From assembly GCA_009841605.1 (NCBI GenBank), contig VXLM01000120.1, positions 48,167-112,166 on the forward strand: 64,000 nt of DNA. The letters run 5' to 3'. The notes below the pieces were generated by a model. It made no database searches and was not told where the DNA came from. It was given only the letters and a program-made list of their open reading frames with translations. This document shows positions 49,790 to 57,866 of the stretch, piece after piece. The position numbers and the translations under genes are program-made. This DNA comes from Dehalococcoidia bacterium. GTDB lineage: Bacteria > Chloroflexota > Dehalococcoidia > Lucifugimonadales > VXLM01. The stretch's first letter is position 1; each line of letters begins with the position of its first letter.

Positions 49790-50587
49790 CTACCTTCCCA
49801 GCGCCTTCGCCAGTTCCCCGCCCTGTTCCTGCATGTAGTCGTAGATGATATTCACGTCCGTCCCGATACAGAAATCGATCACGCCCATGTCCATGTACGG
49901 CTTCGCGTCCTCCCAGTTGCCGATCTCGATGCGCGGGCGGATGCCCTTGGCGATGCACGTCTCGATCGTGAACTTCTGTGCCTCCATGATCTCCGGGTGG
50001 GTGTAGTCTCCCGCCCGCCCGATGCTCATCGAGTAGTCGCCGGGACCGAACTGCACCATGTCGATGCCGGGTACGTCCAGAATCGCCTCTAGGTCTTCGA
50101 CGGCCTCGCGCTTCTCCACCATGATCGCGACCACCGCCTCCTCAGCCATCTTCACCCAGTCCGCCAGCGATACGCCGGGGAACACATAGCCCATGTCCCT
50201 CGTGCTCGTCGCGCCCGCGATGCCGCCCGCGGACGGCGTTTCCGGCCGCACGGCTCGCACCGATTCCAGCGCGTCGTCGACCGTCCGGATGTCCGCGAAG
50301 AGCAGGTTCTGGATCCCTGACCCCGTCGCCTTCTCTGCCAAGTACGTCCGAGGCTCCTGGTCCACCTTGATCATCGACGTCATGTGGTCGAACAGTTCGA
50401 TGGCCCGCGCGAAGTTGTCCAGCGAGAACAGGTCGTACGGAGCGTACTGGCTCGTGAACTCCACGTAGTCTATAGTGCCGGAATACCCAATCACCTCCGC
50501 GATTCCCGGCCACACCGTATGGACGTGCGTCCCAATCGTCGGCTTCCCCTCGTTGATCAAATCCCGCAGCACGTTGTTCTTCTTCAA
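49790..50587 (-). CDS. HpcH/HpaI-family aldolase
   Basis: TTG at 50587 lies 6 nt after AGGAG (MKKNNVLRDLINEGKPTIGTHV...). IDYVEFTSQY, MVEKREAVEDLEAI. Confidence 0.75.
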   Translation of the reverse strand: MKKNNVLRDLINEGKPTIGTHVHTVWPGIAEVIGYSGTIDYVEFTSQYAPYDLFSLDNFARAIELFDHMTSMIKVDQEPRTYLAEKATGSGIQNLLFADIRTVDDALESVRAVRPETPSAGGIAGATSTRDMGYVFPGVSLADWVKMAEEAVVAIMVEKREAVEDLEAILDVPGIDMVQFGPGDYSMSIGRAGDYTHPEIMEAQKFTIETCIAKGIRPRIEIGNWEDAKPYMDMGVIDFCIGTDVNIIYDYMQEQGGELAKALGR

Positions 50588-50671
50588 TATCGTCTCCTGT
50601 CGTTTTGATTTGCTTGTTTGGTTGGATTGACGATTCCAGTCATTCTTGCATGTGGAGACCCGCAAGGGTGT

Positions 50672-50702
50672 CTGTCATTCCGAGCGCAGCGAGGAATCTA
50701 AG
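50672..50702 (+). repeat. repeat family C solo copy
   Basis: ctgtcattccgagcgcagcgaggaatctaag. Confidence 0.7.
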
Positions 50703-50804
50703 GTGTTTGCTGTCGTCAATTCAGGCTCTCCACCTAAGGCACTTCGTCAGCAGAGCGAGTGCCTTATACTCCTCAATCCACACTAATCACAGGGCTTTGC
50801 TCTA

Positions 50805-50862
50805 CCCCCTCCCGTTCTGGGAGAGAGCCTGCCCGTACTTGATACTGGGGCTGGGGTGAAGG
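50805..50862 (+). repeat. repeat family B, long diverged variant (double hairpin)
   Basis: ccccctcccgttctgggagagagcctgcccgtacttgatactggggctggggtgaagg. Confidence 0.6.
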
Positions 50863-50880
50863 CAACCTCTCCGTCCTCGT

Positions 50881-50925
50881 CTCTGTGTCCTCTGCGCCCT
50901 CTGCGGTGAATCTTCCTCTCCCCTT
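50881..50925 (+). repeat. repeat family A copy
   Basis: ctctgtgtcctctgcgccctctgcggtgaatcttcctctcccc. Confidence 0.7.
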
Positions 50926-50935
50926 GGTGTCACTC

Positions 50936-52081
50936 TCACTCCCCAAGCACATTCCTTGAAATTATCATCCTCTGTATCTCCGACGTGCCCTCGTAAATCT
51001 CCGTAATCTTCGCGTCACGATACAGTCGCTCCACCGTCGACGGAGAAAAATACCCGACTCCTCCGTGTATCTGCACGGCTCTGTCCGCTGTCTCGACCGC
51101 GACCCGCGACGCGAACAGCTTCGCCATCGAGGCCTCCTTCACGAACGGCTTGCCCGCGTCGAGCAGCGTCGCCGCCTGCATCACCAGCAGACGCGCCGCC
51201 TCCACCTCCGTTGCCATGTCGGCGATCATCCACTGGATGCCCTGCATCTCGGAGATGGTCTTCCCGAACGCCTTTCTCTGCTTCGCGTACTCCACCGCCT
51301 CTTCGTATGCCGCCTGCGCCACGCCCACCGCCTGCGCCGCTATCCCGATCCGGCTGGCGTTCAGCACCTCCATCGTCGCCCTGAACCCCTCGTACTCCTC
51401 GCCCATCCTATTCGTAACGGGTACTCGGCAGTCATCGAAGAATACCTCGCATGTGGAGGATGCCCGTATCCCCATCTTCCCGTGCATGGGATTGATCGTC
51501 ATGCCCGACGCGTCGCCATCGACGATCAGTGCCACGAACCCTCGCGACCCGAGGCTGAGATCGAGCGACGCCAGCACGATGAGTACTCCCGCCTCCGTCG
51601 CGTTCGTGATGAACACCTTCGACCCGTTCAGGACGTACTCGTCGCCGTCCCGCTTGGCCGTCGTGCGGATACCTGCCGCGTCGCTTCCCGCGCCAGGCTC
51701 CGTGAGTGCAAACGCCCCAATCGTCCGCCCCGCCGTCATGCCCGGAAGATAGCGGTTCTTGTGCTCCGGGGTCCCGTGCATGTGGATGAACTGGGCTGCT
51801 AGCGACTGGTGCGCCACGTACACCGTGCTCGTTGCCGTGCATCCCCGCGCCAGCTCCTCGGCGACAATGGCTCCCTGTCGAGCCGTGCCACCGCTCCCGC
51901 CATAGGCTTCGTCGATACCCAGCCCGAACAGCCCAAGCTCGGCCAAACCGGCGACGTTGTCGGCAGGGAATTCACTGCTCTGATCGTACCCGGATGCCCT
52001 CGGCTCAAGCACGTCATCGGCAAACTCTCGCACCGCCGTACGGAGTAGCTGCTCTTCTTCAGTTAGCAAAAGGTGGCCCAT
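50936..52081 (-). CDS. acyl-CoA dehydrogenase
   Basis: Start at 52081 (MGHLLLTEEEQLLRTAVREFADD...). FALTEPGAGSD, YEGTSEIQR. Confidence 0.88.
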   Translation of the reverse strand: MGHLLLTEEEQLLRTAVREFADDVLEPRASGYDQSSEFPADNVAGLAELGLFGLGIDEAYGGSGGTARQGAIVAEELARGCTATSTVYVAHQSLAAQFIHMHGTPEHKNRYLPGMTAGRTIGAFALTEPGAGSDAAGIRTTAKRDGDEYVLNGSKVFITNATEAGVLIVLASLDLSLGSRGFVALIVDGDASGMTINPMHGKMGIRASSTCEVFFDDCRVPVTNRMGEEYEGFRATMEVLNASRIGIAAQAVGVAQAAYEEAVEYAKQRKAFGKTISEMQGIQWMIADMATEVEAARLLVMQAATLLDAGKPFVKEASMAKLFASRVAVETADRAVQIHGGVGYFSPSTVERLYRDAKITEIYEGTSEIQRMIISRNVLGE

Positions 52082-52111
52082 CACTGCCCTCGTCACTACC
52101 TTCGTGAATAG

Positions 52112-52141
52112 TGTAGGGGCGATTCGCGAATCGCCCCTACA
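52112..52141. repeat. repeat family E (GTAGGGGCGA...TCGCCCCTAC palindrome)
   Basis: tgtaggggcgattcgcgaatcgcccctaca is a perfect palindrome. Relatives at 52224 and 59264. Confidence 0.7.
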
Positions 52142-52223
52142 ACGGCCATTTCCGTAATTGGTGGTGTCGGTGTGGAAAGCGACATGGGGGATTACTACGA
52201 ATCCAGTCCATCGCCAACCTTCC

Positions 52224-52250
52224 CGTAGGGGCGACCCTTGTGGTCGCCCG
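52224..52250 (+). repeat. repeat family E copy
   Basis: cgtaggggcgacccttgtggtcgcccg. Confidence 0.7.
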
Positions 52251-52276
52251 TTGTCGCTCACCCCTAATTCACACCA

Positions 52277-52326
52277 CTTCCTACTTTCTTCCTCTCCGCG
52301 CTCTCCGCGTCCTCTGTGGTAAATCC
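52277..52326 (+). repeat. repeat family A copy with CTACTTTCTTCC head
   Basis: cttcctactttcttcctctccgcgctctccgcgtcctctgtggtaaatcc. Confidence 0.65.
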
Positions 52327-52413
52327 TCCTCGGCACCGGGCAGTATGACGCACCGAATTGACCGAATGCAACCTTGACACAGGTTCTCCAACACCTTTAC
52401 AGTAGATTGCGAG

Positions 52414-52500
52414 ATGCGAGTTCCGAACCGTTACGCGTACTACTATTACTACTTTACCGGCCCAACGGCTGCCGGAGAAGGACAGGTGCGCGGGACGTAG
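52414..52500 (+). CDS. 28-codon Tyr/Phe-rich leader peptide (attenuator) upstream of DAHP synthase
   Basis: atg cga gtt ccg aac cgt TAC gcg TAC TAC TAT TAC TAC TTT acc ... tag translates to MRVPNRYAYYYYYFTGPTAAGEGQVRGT. Too short for the ORF track; found by reading the frame. Confidence 0.6.
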   Translation: MRVPNRYAYYYYYFTGPTAAGEGQVRGT

Positions 52501-52527
52501 AGCGGCAAGAAACCCAGCGAAGACACC

Positions 52528-52559
52528 GAGACCTCAACCGGCAGCGGTTGGGGTCTTTT
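52528..52559 (+). terminator. intrinsic terminator of the attenuator, 21 nt before the DAHP synthase ATG
   Basis: gacctcaaccg (52530-52540) pairs with cggttggggtc (52545-52555) in an 11-bp stem (one G:U), loop gcag, followed by tttt (52556-52559). Confidence 0.7.
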
Positions 52560-52580
52560 CATGAGTGAAGGAGTGCTCGA

Positions 52581-53642
52581 ATGCTAGAGACGAAGACACC
52601 AAAGACAAGGGATGTGAACGTGTTGAAGACGGAGAAGCTGATACCTCCGGCGGACCTCATTGAGGAACTGCCTGCAACCCCCAGCGCCAAGCGGACGGTC
52701 ATCGAAGGACGCCACGCGATTCAGGCGGTTCTCGAAGGGGAGGACTCGCGGTTCCTCGTGATCACGGGACCCTGCTCGATCCACGACGAGAGCATCGGCC
52801 TCGAATACGCGACGCGGCTGAACTACCTGAGCCAAAAGTACGCCGACCGTCTGCTCGTCGTCATGCGAGTCTACTTCGAGAAGCCGCGCACAACTGTCGG
52901 CTGGAAGGGACTTCTGTACGACCCCCACTTGAACGACTCCTTCGACATCACAAGTGGACTGCACAAGGGCAGGAAGCTCCTGCTGGACATTGCCGAGATG
53001 GGCCTTCCGTCGGCCACCGAGTTCCTCGATCCCATCGTGCCTCAGTACCTTTCCGACCTGGTCAGCTGGGTCGCGATAGGAGCGCGCACGACCGAGAGTC
53101 AGACCCACCGCCAGATGGCCAGCGGCCTCAGCATGCCCGTCGGCTTCAAGAACGGCACCGATGGCAGCACGAAGATCGCCGTCGACGCCATCGTGTCTGC
53201 CCAGGCGCGACACGGTTTTCTCGGCATCGACCAATCAGGCCGCACCGCCGTAATCCACACGGCCGGCAACCCCTACGGACACCTCGTCCTGCGCGGCGCG
53301 AACGACGGCCCGAACTACGATCCCGGCTCCGTCGCAATGGCCCGGCAGCAGCTTGAAGACGGCGGCGCTTCCCCCCATCTCGTCGTCGACTGCAGCCACG
53401 GAAACTGCTACAAGGACTACACGAAGATGCACGAGGCCTTCGAGAGCGTCGTCGAGCAGCGAGTCGGCGGAAACGACGGACTCATCGGCGTCATGCTCGA
53501 AAGCAACCTCAACCCCGGTAGCCAGAAGATCAACGGCAGCTTGGAGTACGGTGTCTCCATAACCGACCCCTGCATCGGCTGGCAGGAGACCGAAGACCTC
53601 ATCGGCTGGGCCTACGACCAACTGGGAAACAACTCTCATTAA
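52581..53642 (+). CDS. 3-deoxy-7-phosphoheptulonate (DAHP) synthase, class I
   Basis: 353 aa. RFLVITGPCSIHD, KPRTTVGWKGL, GARTTESQTHRQMASG. Confidence 0.92.
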   Translation: MLETKTPKTRDVNVLKTEKLIPPADLIEELPATPSAKRTVIEGRHAIQAVLEGEDSRFLVITGPCSIHDESIGLEYATRLNYLSQKYADRLLVVMRVYFEKPRTTVGWKGLLYDPHLNDSFDITSGLHKGRKLLLDIAEMGLPSATEFLDPIVPQYLSDLVSWVAIGARTTESQTHRQMASGLSMPVGFKNGTDGSTKIAVDAIVSAQARHGFLGIDQSGRTAVIHTAGNPYGHLVLRGANDGPNYDPGSVAMARQQLEDGGASPHLVVDCSHGNCYKDYTKMHEAFESVVEQRVGGNDGLIGVMLESNLNPGSQKINGSLEYGVSITDPCIGWQETEDLIGWAYDQLGNNSH

Positions 53643-53700
53643 TGCCATGTCCATCGAGAAGGCGGGCCCGCGAAACCCCCTCTCCCGTTGCAGTGAAAAT

Positions 53701-53738
53701 CCCCTCTCCCGTCGTGGGAGAGGGCTAGGGTGAGGGTT
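53701..53738 (+). repeat. repeat family B copy (preceded by a half copy at ~53686)
   Basis: cccctctcccgtcgtgggagagggctagggtgagggtt. Confidence 0.8.
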
Positions 53739-53812
53739 ACTCTTACCCCATTCTCCTCAACTAGGGACGAACGGCCAAATCCAACACCTGTGATACACTC
53801 CCACGACTCGAC

Positions 53813-54535
53813 ATGATCGACCAAGAACCGCCAACAACGAACGAGCGAAGCCGGGGACGCCTCAGCGTCCCATGGGGCATCACCGACGCCATGATCGGCT
53901 TTGCCGTCGTCGCTTGCGGCAGCTTGGCGTCCCTGCTTGCGTTGGGTCACCTGCTCGGCTCATTGGAAAGACAGCCTGATGGGATCACTGCCGTTGTCTT
54001 GTTCCTGCTCCAGATTCTCATGGTCGTCACGGTCTGGTTCCTCGCCGTCAAGTGGCGCGGCGCGAGTCTGAGCAGCCTGGGACTGGGCACGGGCGGACTC
54101 CGCTGGCCCAAGATCGTCGGATGGGCTGCCCTGGCGCTCGGCCTCAGCATCGTGGCTGGACTCGTCTACCAACTCATCGTGACCGGCTTGGGCATAGAAT
54201 CGCTGGAGCCGTCCCCGGTCCCCGAACGGCTGCTTGGAGAGGGAGTCGTCAGAGCGTTCACCGTCGGCATTCTCGTCGTCGTCGGCCCCGCCGCCGAGGA
54301 GATATTCTTCCGCGGATTCCTATTGTCGGCTTTCGTGCAGGGCATCGGCGTGCTCCCCGGCCTGATCGTGGCTTCCGCGATATTCGCAATCGCCCACGGC
54401 GACTTCACCGTGCTCCTGCCCACCTTCGCCAGCGGAGTTGTCCTCTCCTGGCTGTACCTCCGAACACGCTCGCTCTGGCCGGGCTTCCTTGCCCACGCGG
54501 GCCAAAACAGTCTCGCTGTGACATTCGCCGTATGA
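53813..54535 (+). CDS. CPBP-family intramembrane glutamic endopeptidase (CAAX protease/Abi)
   Basis: PAAEEIFFRGFLL and FAIAHG motifs; polytopic. Confidence 0.8.
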   Translation: MIDQEPPTTNERSRGRLSVPWGITDAMIGFAVVACGSLASLLALGHLLGSLERQPDGITAVVLFLLQILMVVTVWFLAVKWRGASLSSLGLGTGGLRWPKIVGWAALALGLSIVAGLVYQLIVTGLGIESLEPSPVPERLLGEGVVRAFTVGILVVVGPAAEEIFFRGFLLSAFVQGIGVLPGLIVASAIFAIAHGDFTVLLPTFASGVVLSWLYLRTRSLWPGFLAHAGQNSLAVTFAV

Positions 54536-55332
54536 CCGTCTCAAATCGACTCGACCAGACGCTCAGCACCGCCCGCGCCGAGGGAAGGACAGTACTTTCC
54601 CCATATATCACGGTCGGTTTCCCCGACGTGGCCACCTCCGTTGACATCGCCGAGGCCATCCTGCAGAACGGCGGCGACCTGCTGGAAATCGGCGTCCCCT
54701 TCAGCGACCCCATGGCCGACGGCCCCACGGTGCAGAAGACCAGCTTCCACGCCCTGCAGCACGGCGTCAGCGTCCAGACCTGCCTCGACGCAGTCCGTCA
54801 GCTCCGGTCGAGGGGCGTCGAGTCTCCCCTCATGCTGATGGGCTACTACAATCCGTTCCTCAAGTACGGCCTCCGAGACCTTGTGCGAGACGCCGCTGCC
54901 GCAGGAGTCCAAGGACTGATAGTCCCTGATCTCCCACCCGAGGAGTCGTCCGACTTGGAATCCCTCTGTGCCGAGAACAACATCCACCAGATCCACTTCG
55001 TCGCCCTCACGAGCACCGATGAGCGGCTCAAGTACATATGCGCTCGCGCAAGCGGCTTCATCTACTGCGTAGCCGTGCTGGGAGTCACCGGTGCCCGTCA
55101 AAGCATCCACGCTGGTGTCGCCGAGCTCGTCGGTCGCGTCAAGCGCCATACTGACGTGCCGGTCATCCAGGGCTTCGGCGTCTCCAGCAAGGAGCACATC
55201 GACGCCATCGCGAACTACGCCGACGGTGCAATCGTCGCCAGTGCCATGTTCGACGCCATCGAACACGCCCCCGCCGACCGCAAAGTCCAGGCCGCCGTCG
55301 ACTTCGTAAGGGCACTCAAGGGCATTTCCTAA
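54532..55332 (+). CDS. trpA: tryptophan synthase alpha chain
   Basis: ATG at 54532 overlaps the CPBP stop (ATGA). LSPYITVGFPD, LEIGVPFSDPMADGPTVQ, GFGVSSKEH. Confidence 0.9.
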   Translation: MTVSNRLDQTLSTARAEGRTVLSPYITVGFPDVATSVDIAEAILQNGGDLLEIGVPFSDPMADGPTVQKTSFHALQHGVSVQTCLDAVRQLRSRGVESPLMLMGYYNPFLKYGLRDLVRDAAAAGVQGLIVPDLPPEESSDLESLCAENNIHQIHFVALTSTDERLKYICARASGFIYCVAVLGVTGARQSIHAGVAELVGRVKRHTDVPVIQGFGVSSKEHIDAIANYADGAIVASAMFDAIEHAPADRKVQAAVDFVRALKGIS

Positions 55333-55372
55333 ACAACCCAAGCAACTCACTACGAAATTCTTTCTACGAGCC

Positions 55373-55741
55373 ATGGCAAAGATACGAGGTATACGCGGCG
55401 CAACCATCGCCGATGACAACACCCAGCAGTCCATCCTCGAGGCCACCGTCGAGCTTTTGACGGCATTGGTCGAGTCGAACGACGTCGATGTCGACGACAT
55501 CGCGGCGGCGTACTTCACCACGACCCAGGACCTCAACGCCGAGTTCCCCGCCGCCGCCGCCCGGCAACTTGGATGGCAGTACGTCGCCCTCCTCTGCGCC
55601 CACGAGATGAAAGTGCCGAACGCCATGGATCGCGTCATCCGTGTCATGCTCCTCGTCAACACCGACAGAGAAGCCTCGGAAATCGAGTTCCAATACCTCC
55701 GAGGCTCCGACGCCCTGCGCAAGCGCGTCGTGGAAAGCTAG
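55373..55741 (+). CDS. aroH: AroH-type monofunctional chorismate mutase
   Basis: 122 aa. MAKIRGIRGATIADDNT... is typical of the Bacillus AroH class. Confidence 0.8.
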   Translation: MAKIRGIRGATIADDNTQQSILEATVELLTALVESNDVDVDDIAAAYFTTTQDLNAEFPAAAARQLGWQYVALLCAHEMKVPNAMDRVIRVMLLVNTDREASEIEFQYLRGSDALRKRVVES

Positions 55742-55809
55742 TGCCCTGTCCCAGAGATCTACCGAATAATCGGCTTATGGGAATCCCTCTCGCCCGACCG
55801 GCGAGGTCT

Positions 55810-55870
55810 CCCCTCTCCCGTCGTGGGAGAGGGCTAGAGCCTGCCCCGTACTCGATACGGGGGTGAGGGT
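55810..55870 (+). repeat. repeat family B, long double-hairpin variant
   Basis: cccctctcccgtcgtgggagagggctagagcctgccccgtactcgatacgggggtgagggt. Near-identical to 62362..62421. Confidence 0.8.
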
Positions 55871-55963
55871 AGTTCCCCCGGAACACACATCTGCTTCATA
55901 GAACAAATTCCAGTAACGGGACTACAGACCGACGCGACGACCCACGCACTGGGGAGAATCGAA

Positions 55964-57184
55964 ATGAAAGACTGGGACCTGCAAACGCTCTTCGACCGCG
56001 GCATGCTCGACGACGCAATCGTCCGCGATGAGCTATTCAACGACATCGCGAACGGCAAACGGCTCACCATCTACCAGGGATTCGACCCGACAAGCCCCAA
56101 CATGCACATCGGTCACCTGGTGGGCCTTCGCGTTCTCCGGTGGTTCCAGCTCCACGGCCATCACCTCATTCTTCTTATCGGCGACTTCACCGGGCGCATC
56201 GGTGACCCCTCCGACCGCCCCGAAGCCCGAAAGCGCCTCACTCGCGCGGAGGTGCTCGAAAACGCCGAGACATACACGGGTCAGTTCTCCAAGATCTTCG
56301 ACCTCGATGGCGAGAATCCGGCAGAGGTCCGGTTCAACGGACACTGGCTCGACAACATTTCCCTCGCGCAGTTCGTCGAGATCATGGACAAGTTCACCGT
56401 CCAGCAGCTCCTCGAACGCAGCATGTTCCAGGAGCGCCTGAAGAACCAGGAGGCCCTCTACCTCAACGAGATGATCTACCCCATCCTGCAGGGCTACGAC
56501 TCCGTAGCGATGGAGGTCGACGCCGAGCTCGGCGGTTCCGACCAGCTCTTCAACATGATGCGGGGTCGAGACCTCACGGACGCATACCTCGGCAAGACCA
56601 AGCACGTCCTCACCACCCAACTCCTCGAGGGCCTGGACGGTCGCAAGATGAGCAAGACCTACGGCAACACCGTCGACCTGAACGAAGACCCCGTGCCCAT
56701 GTTCTTCAAGCTCACGCTCGTCCAGGACTCCAAGCTCCCGCGCTTCATGCAGGTCCTCACCGACCGTGCGGACGACGAAATCGCCGCCATCGAGGAGCGC
56801 GCCAAGACCGAGCACAACATGATCGACGCGCGCCAACAGTTCGCCCACGACATCGTCACGATGCTCCACTCCGCCGAAGCCGCCGACGAGGCCCAGCGAG
56901 AGTTCCAGCGCGTCGTCAACGAGGGCGAGCTGCCATCCGATATTCCCGACCTACACGTCCCGCCCGACACCCACCGCGAGGACGGCGTCGGAGTCGTCGA
57001 TCTCCTGGCCCTCAGCGACCTCGTGCAGAGCAAGAGCGACGCCCGCCGCCTCGTCCAGCAGGGCGGCATCCGCATCAACGGCGAGATGGTCGAAGATCCC
57101 CGCTCGTCAGTGCCCACATCCAGACTCGCAGGCGCTCTAGTCAAAATCGGCAAACGAGGCTACGTCCGCGTCAGGGTAGGGTAG
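55964..57184 (+). CDS. tyrS: tyrosine--tRNA ligase
   Basis: 406 aa. HIGH region PNMHIGHLVG, KMSKT, C-terminal S4-like domain. Confidence 0.92.
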   Translation: MKDWDLQTLFDRGMLDDAIVRDELFNDIANGKRLTIYQGFDPTSPNMHIGHLVGLRVLRWFQLHGHHLILLIGDFTGRIGDPSDRPEARKRLTRAEVLENAETYTGQFSKIFDLDGENPAEVRFNGHWLDNISLAQFVEIMDKFTVQQLLERSMFQERLKNQEALYLNEMIYPILQGYDSVAMEVDAELGGSDQLFNMMRGRDLTDAYLGKTKHVLTTQLLEGLDGRKMSKTYGNTVDLNEDPVPMFFKLTLVQDSKLPRFMQVLTDRADDEIAAIEERAKTEHNMIDARQQFAHDIVTMLHSAEAADEAQREFQRVVNEGELPSDIPDLHVPPDTHREDGVGVVDLLALSDLVQSKSDARRLVQQGGIRINGEMVEDPRSSVPTSRLAGALVKIGKRGYVRVRVG

Positions 57185-57213
57185 GGTGAATCCGAAAGTT
57201 GCTTCTGTTCCGT

Positions 57214-57558
57214 TCATCCATTGTCATGGACGATCAATTCCAACTGTTCGATCAGGTCAGGGAGATCGTCATGAATGATTGTCCAGAGACGGTCGAAGTC
57301 GACCGCGTCGTAGCCATGTATCAGTCGGTTCCGCAAGTCCGTGATGTCACGCCAAGGAACATGCGGATTGTCTGAGCGAAAGTCTTCCGGGACTCGTCCC
57401 GCCGCCTCACCGATAACTTCCATCAGTCTTACCAGCGCGAGATTCAGCATTCGATCCGAATCCATATCGGACCTTGAACGTCCGCGGGACATCTCTACAG
57501 CTTCTCGCGCCCGCTCAAGCATGTGTTGCACTCGTATCAGGGGGTCAACGAGGGCCAT
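57214..57558 (-). CDS. hepT: HepT-like HEPN (DUF86) toxin
   Basis: RNRLIHGY (Rx4HxY) near the C-terminus. The ATG at 57558 is preferred; the ORF extends to 57576. Confidence 0.8.
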   Translation of the reverse strand: MALVDPLIRVQHMLERAREAVEMSRGRSRSDMDSDRMLNLALVRLMEVIGEAAGRVPEDFRSDNPHVPWRDITDLRNRLIHGYDAVDFDRLWTIIHDDLPDLIEQLELIVHDNG

Positions 57559-57847
57559 AGACCACCTGGGCTTCATCCAGTGCCGCTTGCCGGAAGGAAA
57601 GGTCGAGATCGTTCGCCGTATTCAAGTCCACCTGCCTGCCAATAAGCTCGCTGAGGTCTCGCTGCATAGAAAAGAAGGCGAAGCCCGGCGTATGCCCGGG
57701 CTCGAACTCCACGAGCACATCGACGTCGCTGTCGGCCGAGAAGTCGTTTCTCAGCACCGAACCGAACAGTGACAACTGCCGGATGTGATGCTCCCGGCAG
57801 AAGTTCCTGATTCTCTCTTGTGGTATGTCAATACTGAGAGTCGTCAT
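57545..57847 (-). CDS. mntA: MntA-like minimal nucleotidyltransferase antitoxin
   Basis: LSLFGSVLRNDFSADSDVDVLVEF (GS...DxD NTase motif). The ATG at 57847 lies 8 nt after GAGG. Overlaps the hepT start. Confidence 0.8.
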   Translation of the reverse strand: MTTLSIDIPQERIRNFCREHHIRQLSLFGSVLRNDFSADSDVDVLVEFEPGHTPGFAFFSMQRDLSELIGRQVDLNTANDLDLSFRQAALDEAQVVYGPR

Positions 57848-57866
57848 AGTCTCGCCTCTATATGCC

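Noticed and set aside
54541-55722. 393-aa minus-strand ORF
   Set aside because: It is antisense to trpA and aroH, both of which have clear family motifs.
55742-55963. T-box or other leader upstream of tyrS (and similarly upstream of gltX)
   Set aside because: No T-box core (AAUUAGGGUGGUACCGCG-like) or specifier/antiterminator arrangement is visible. The spacer is mostly a family B repeat.
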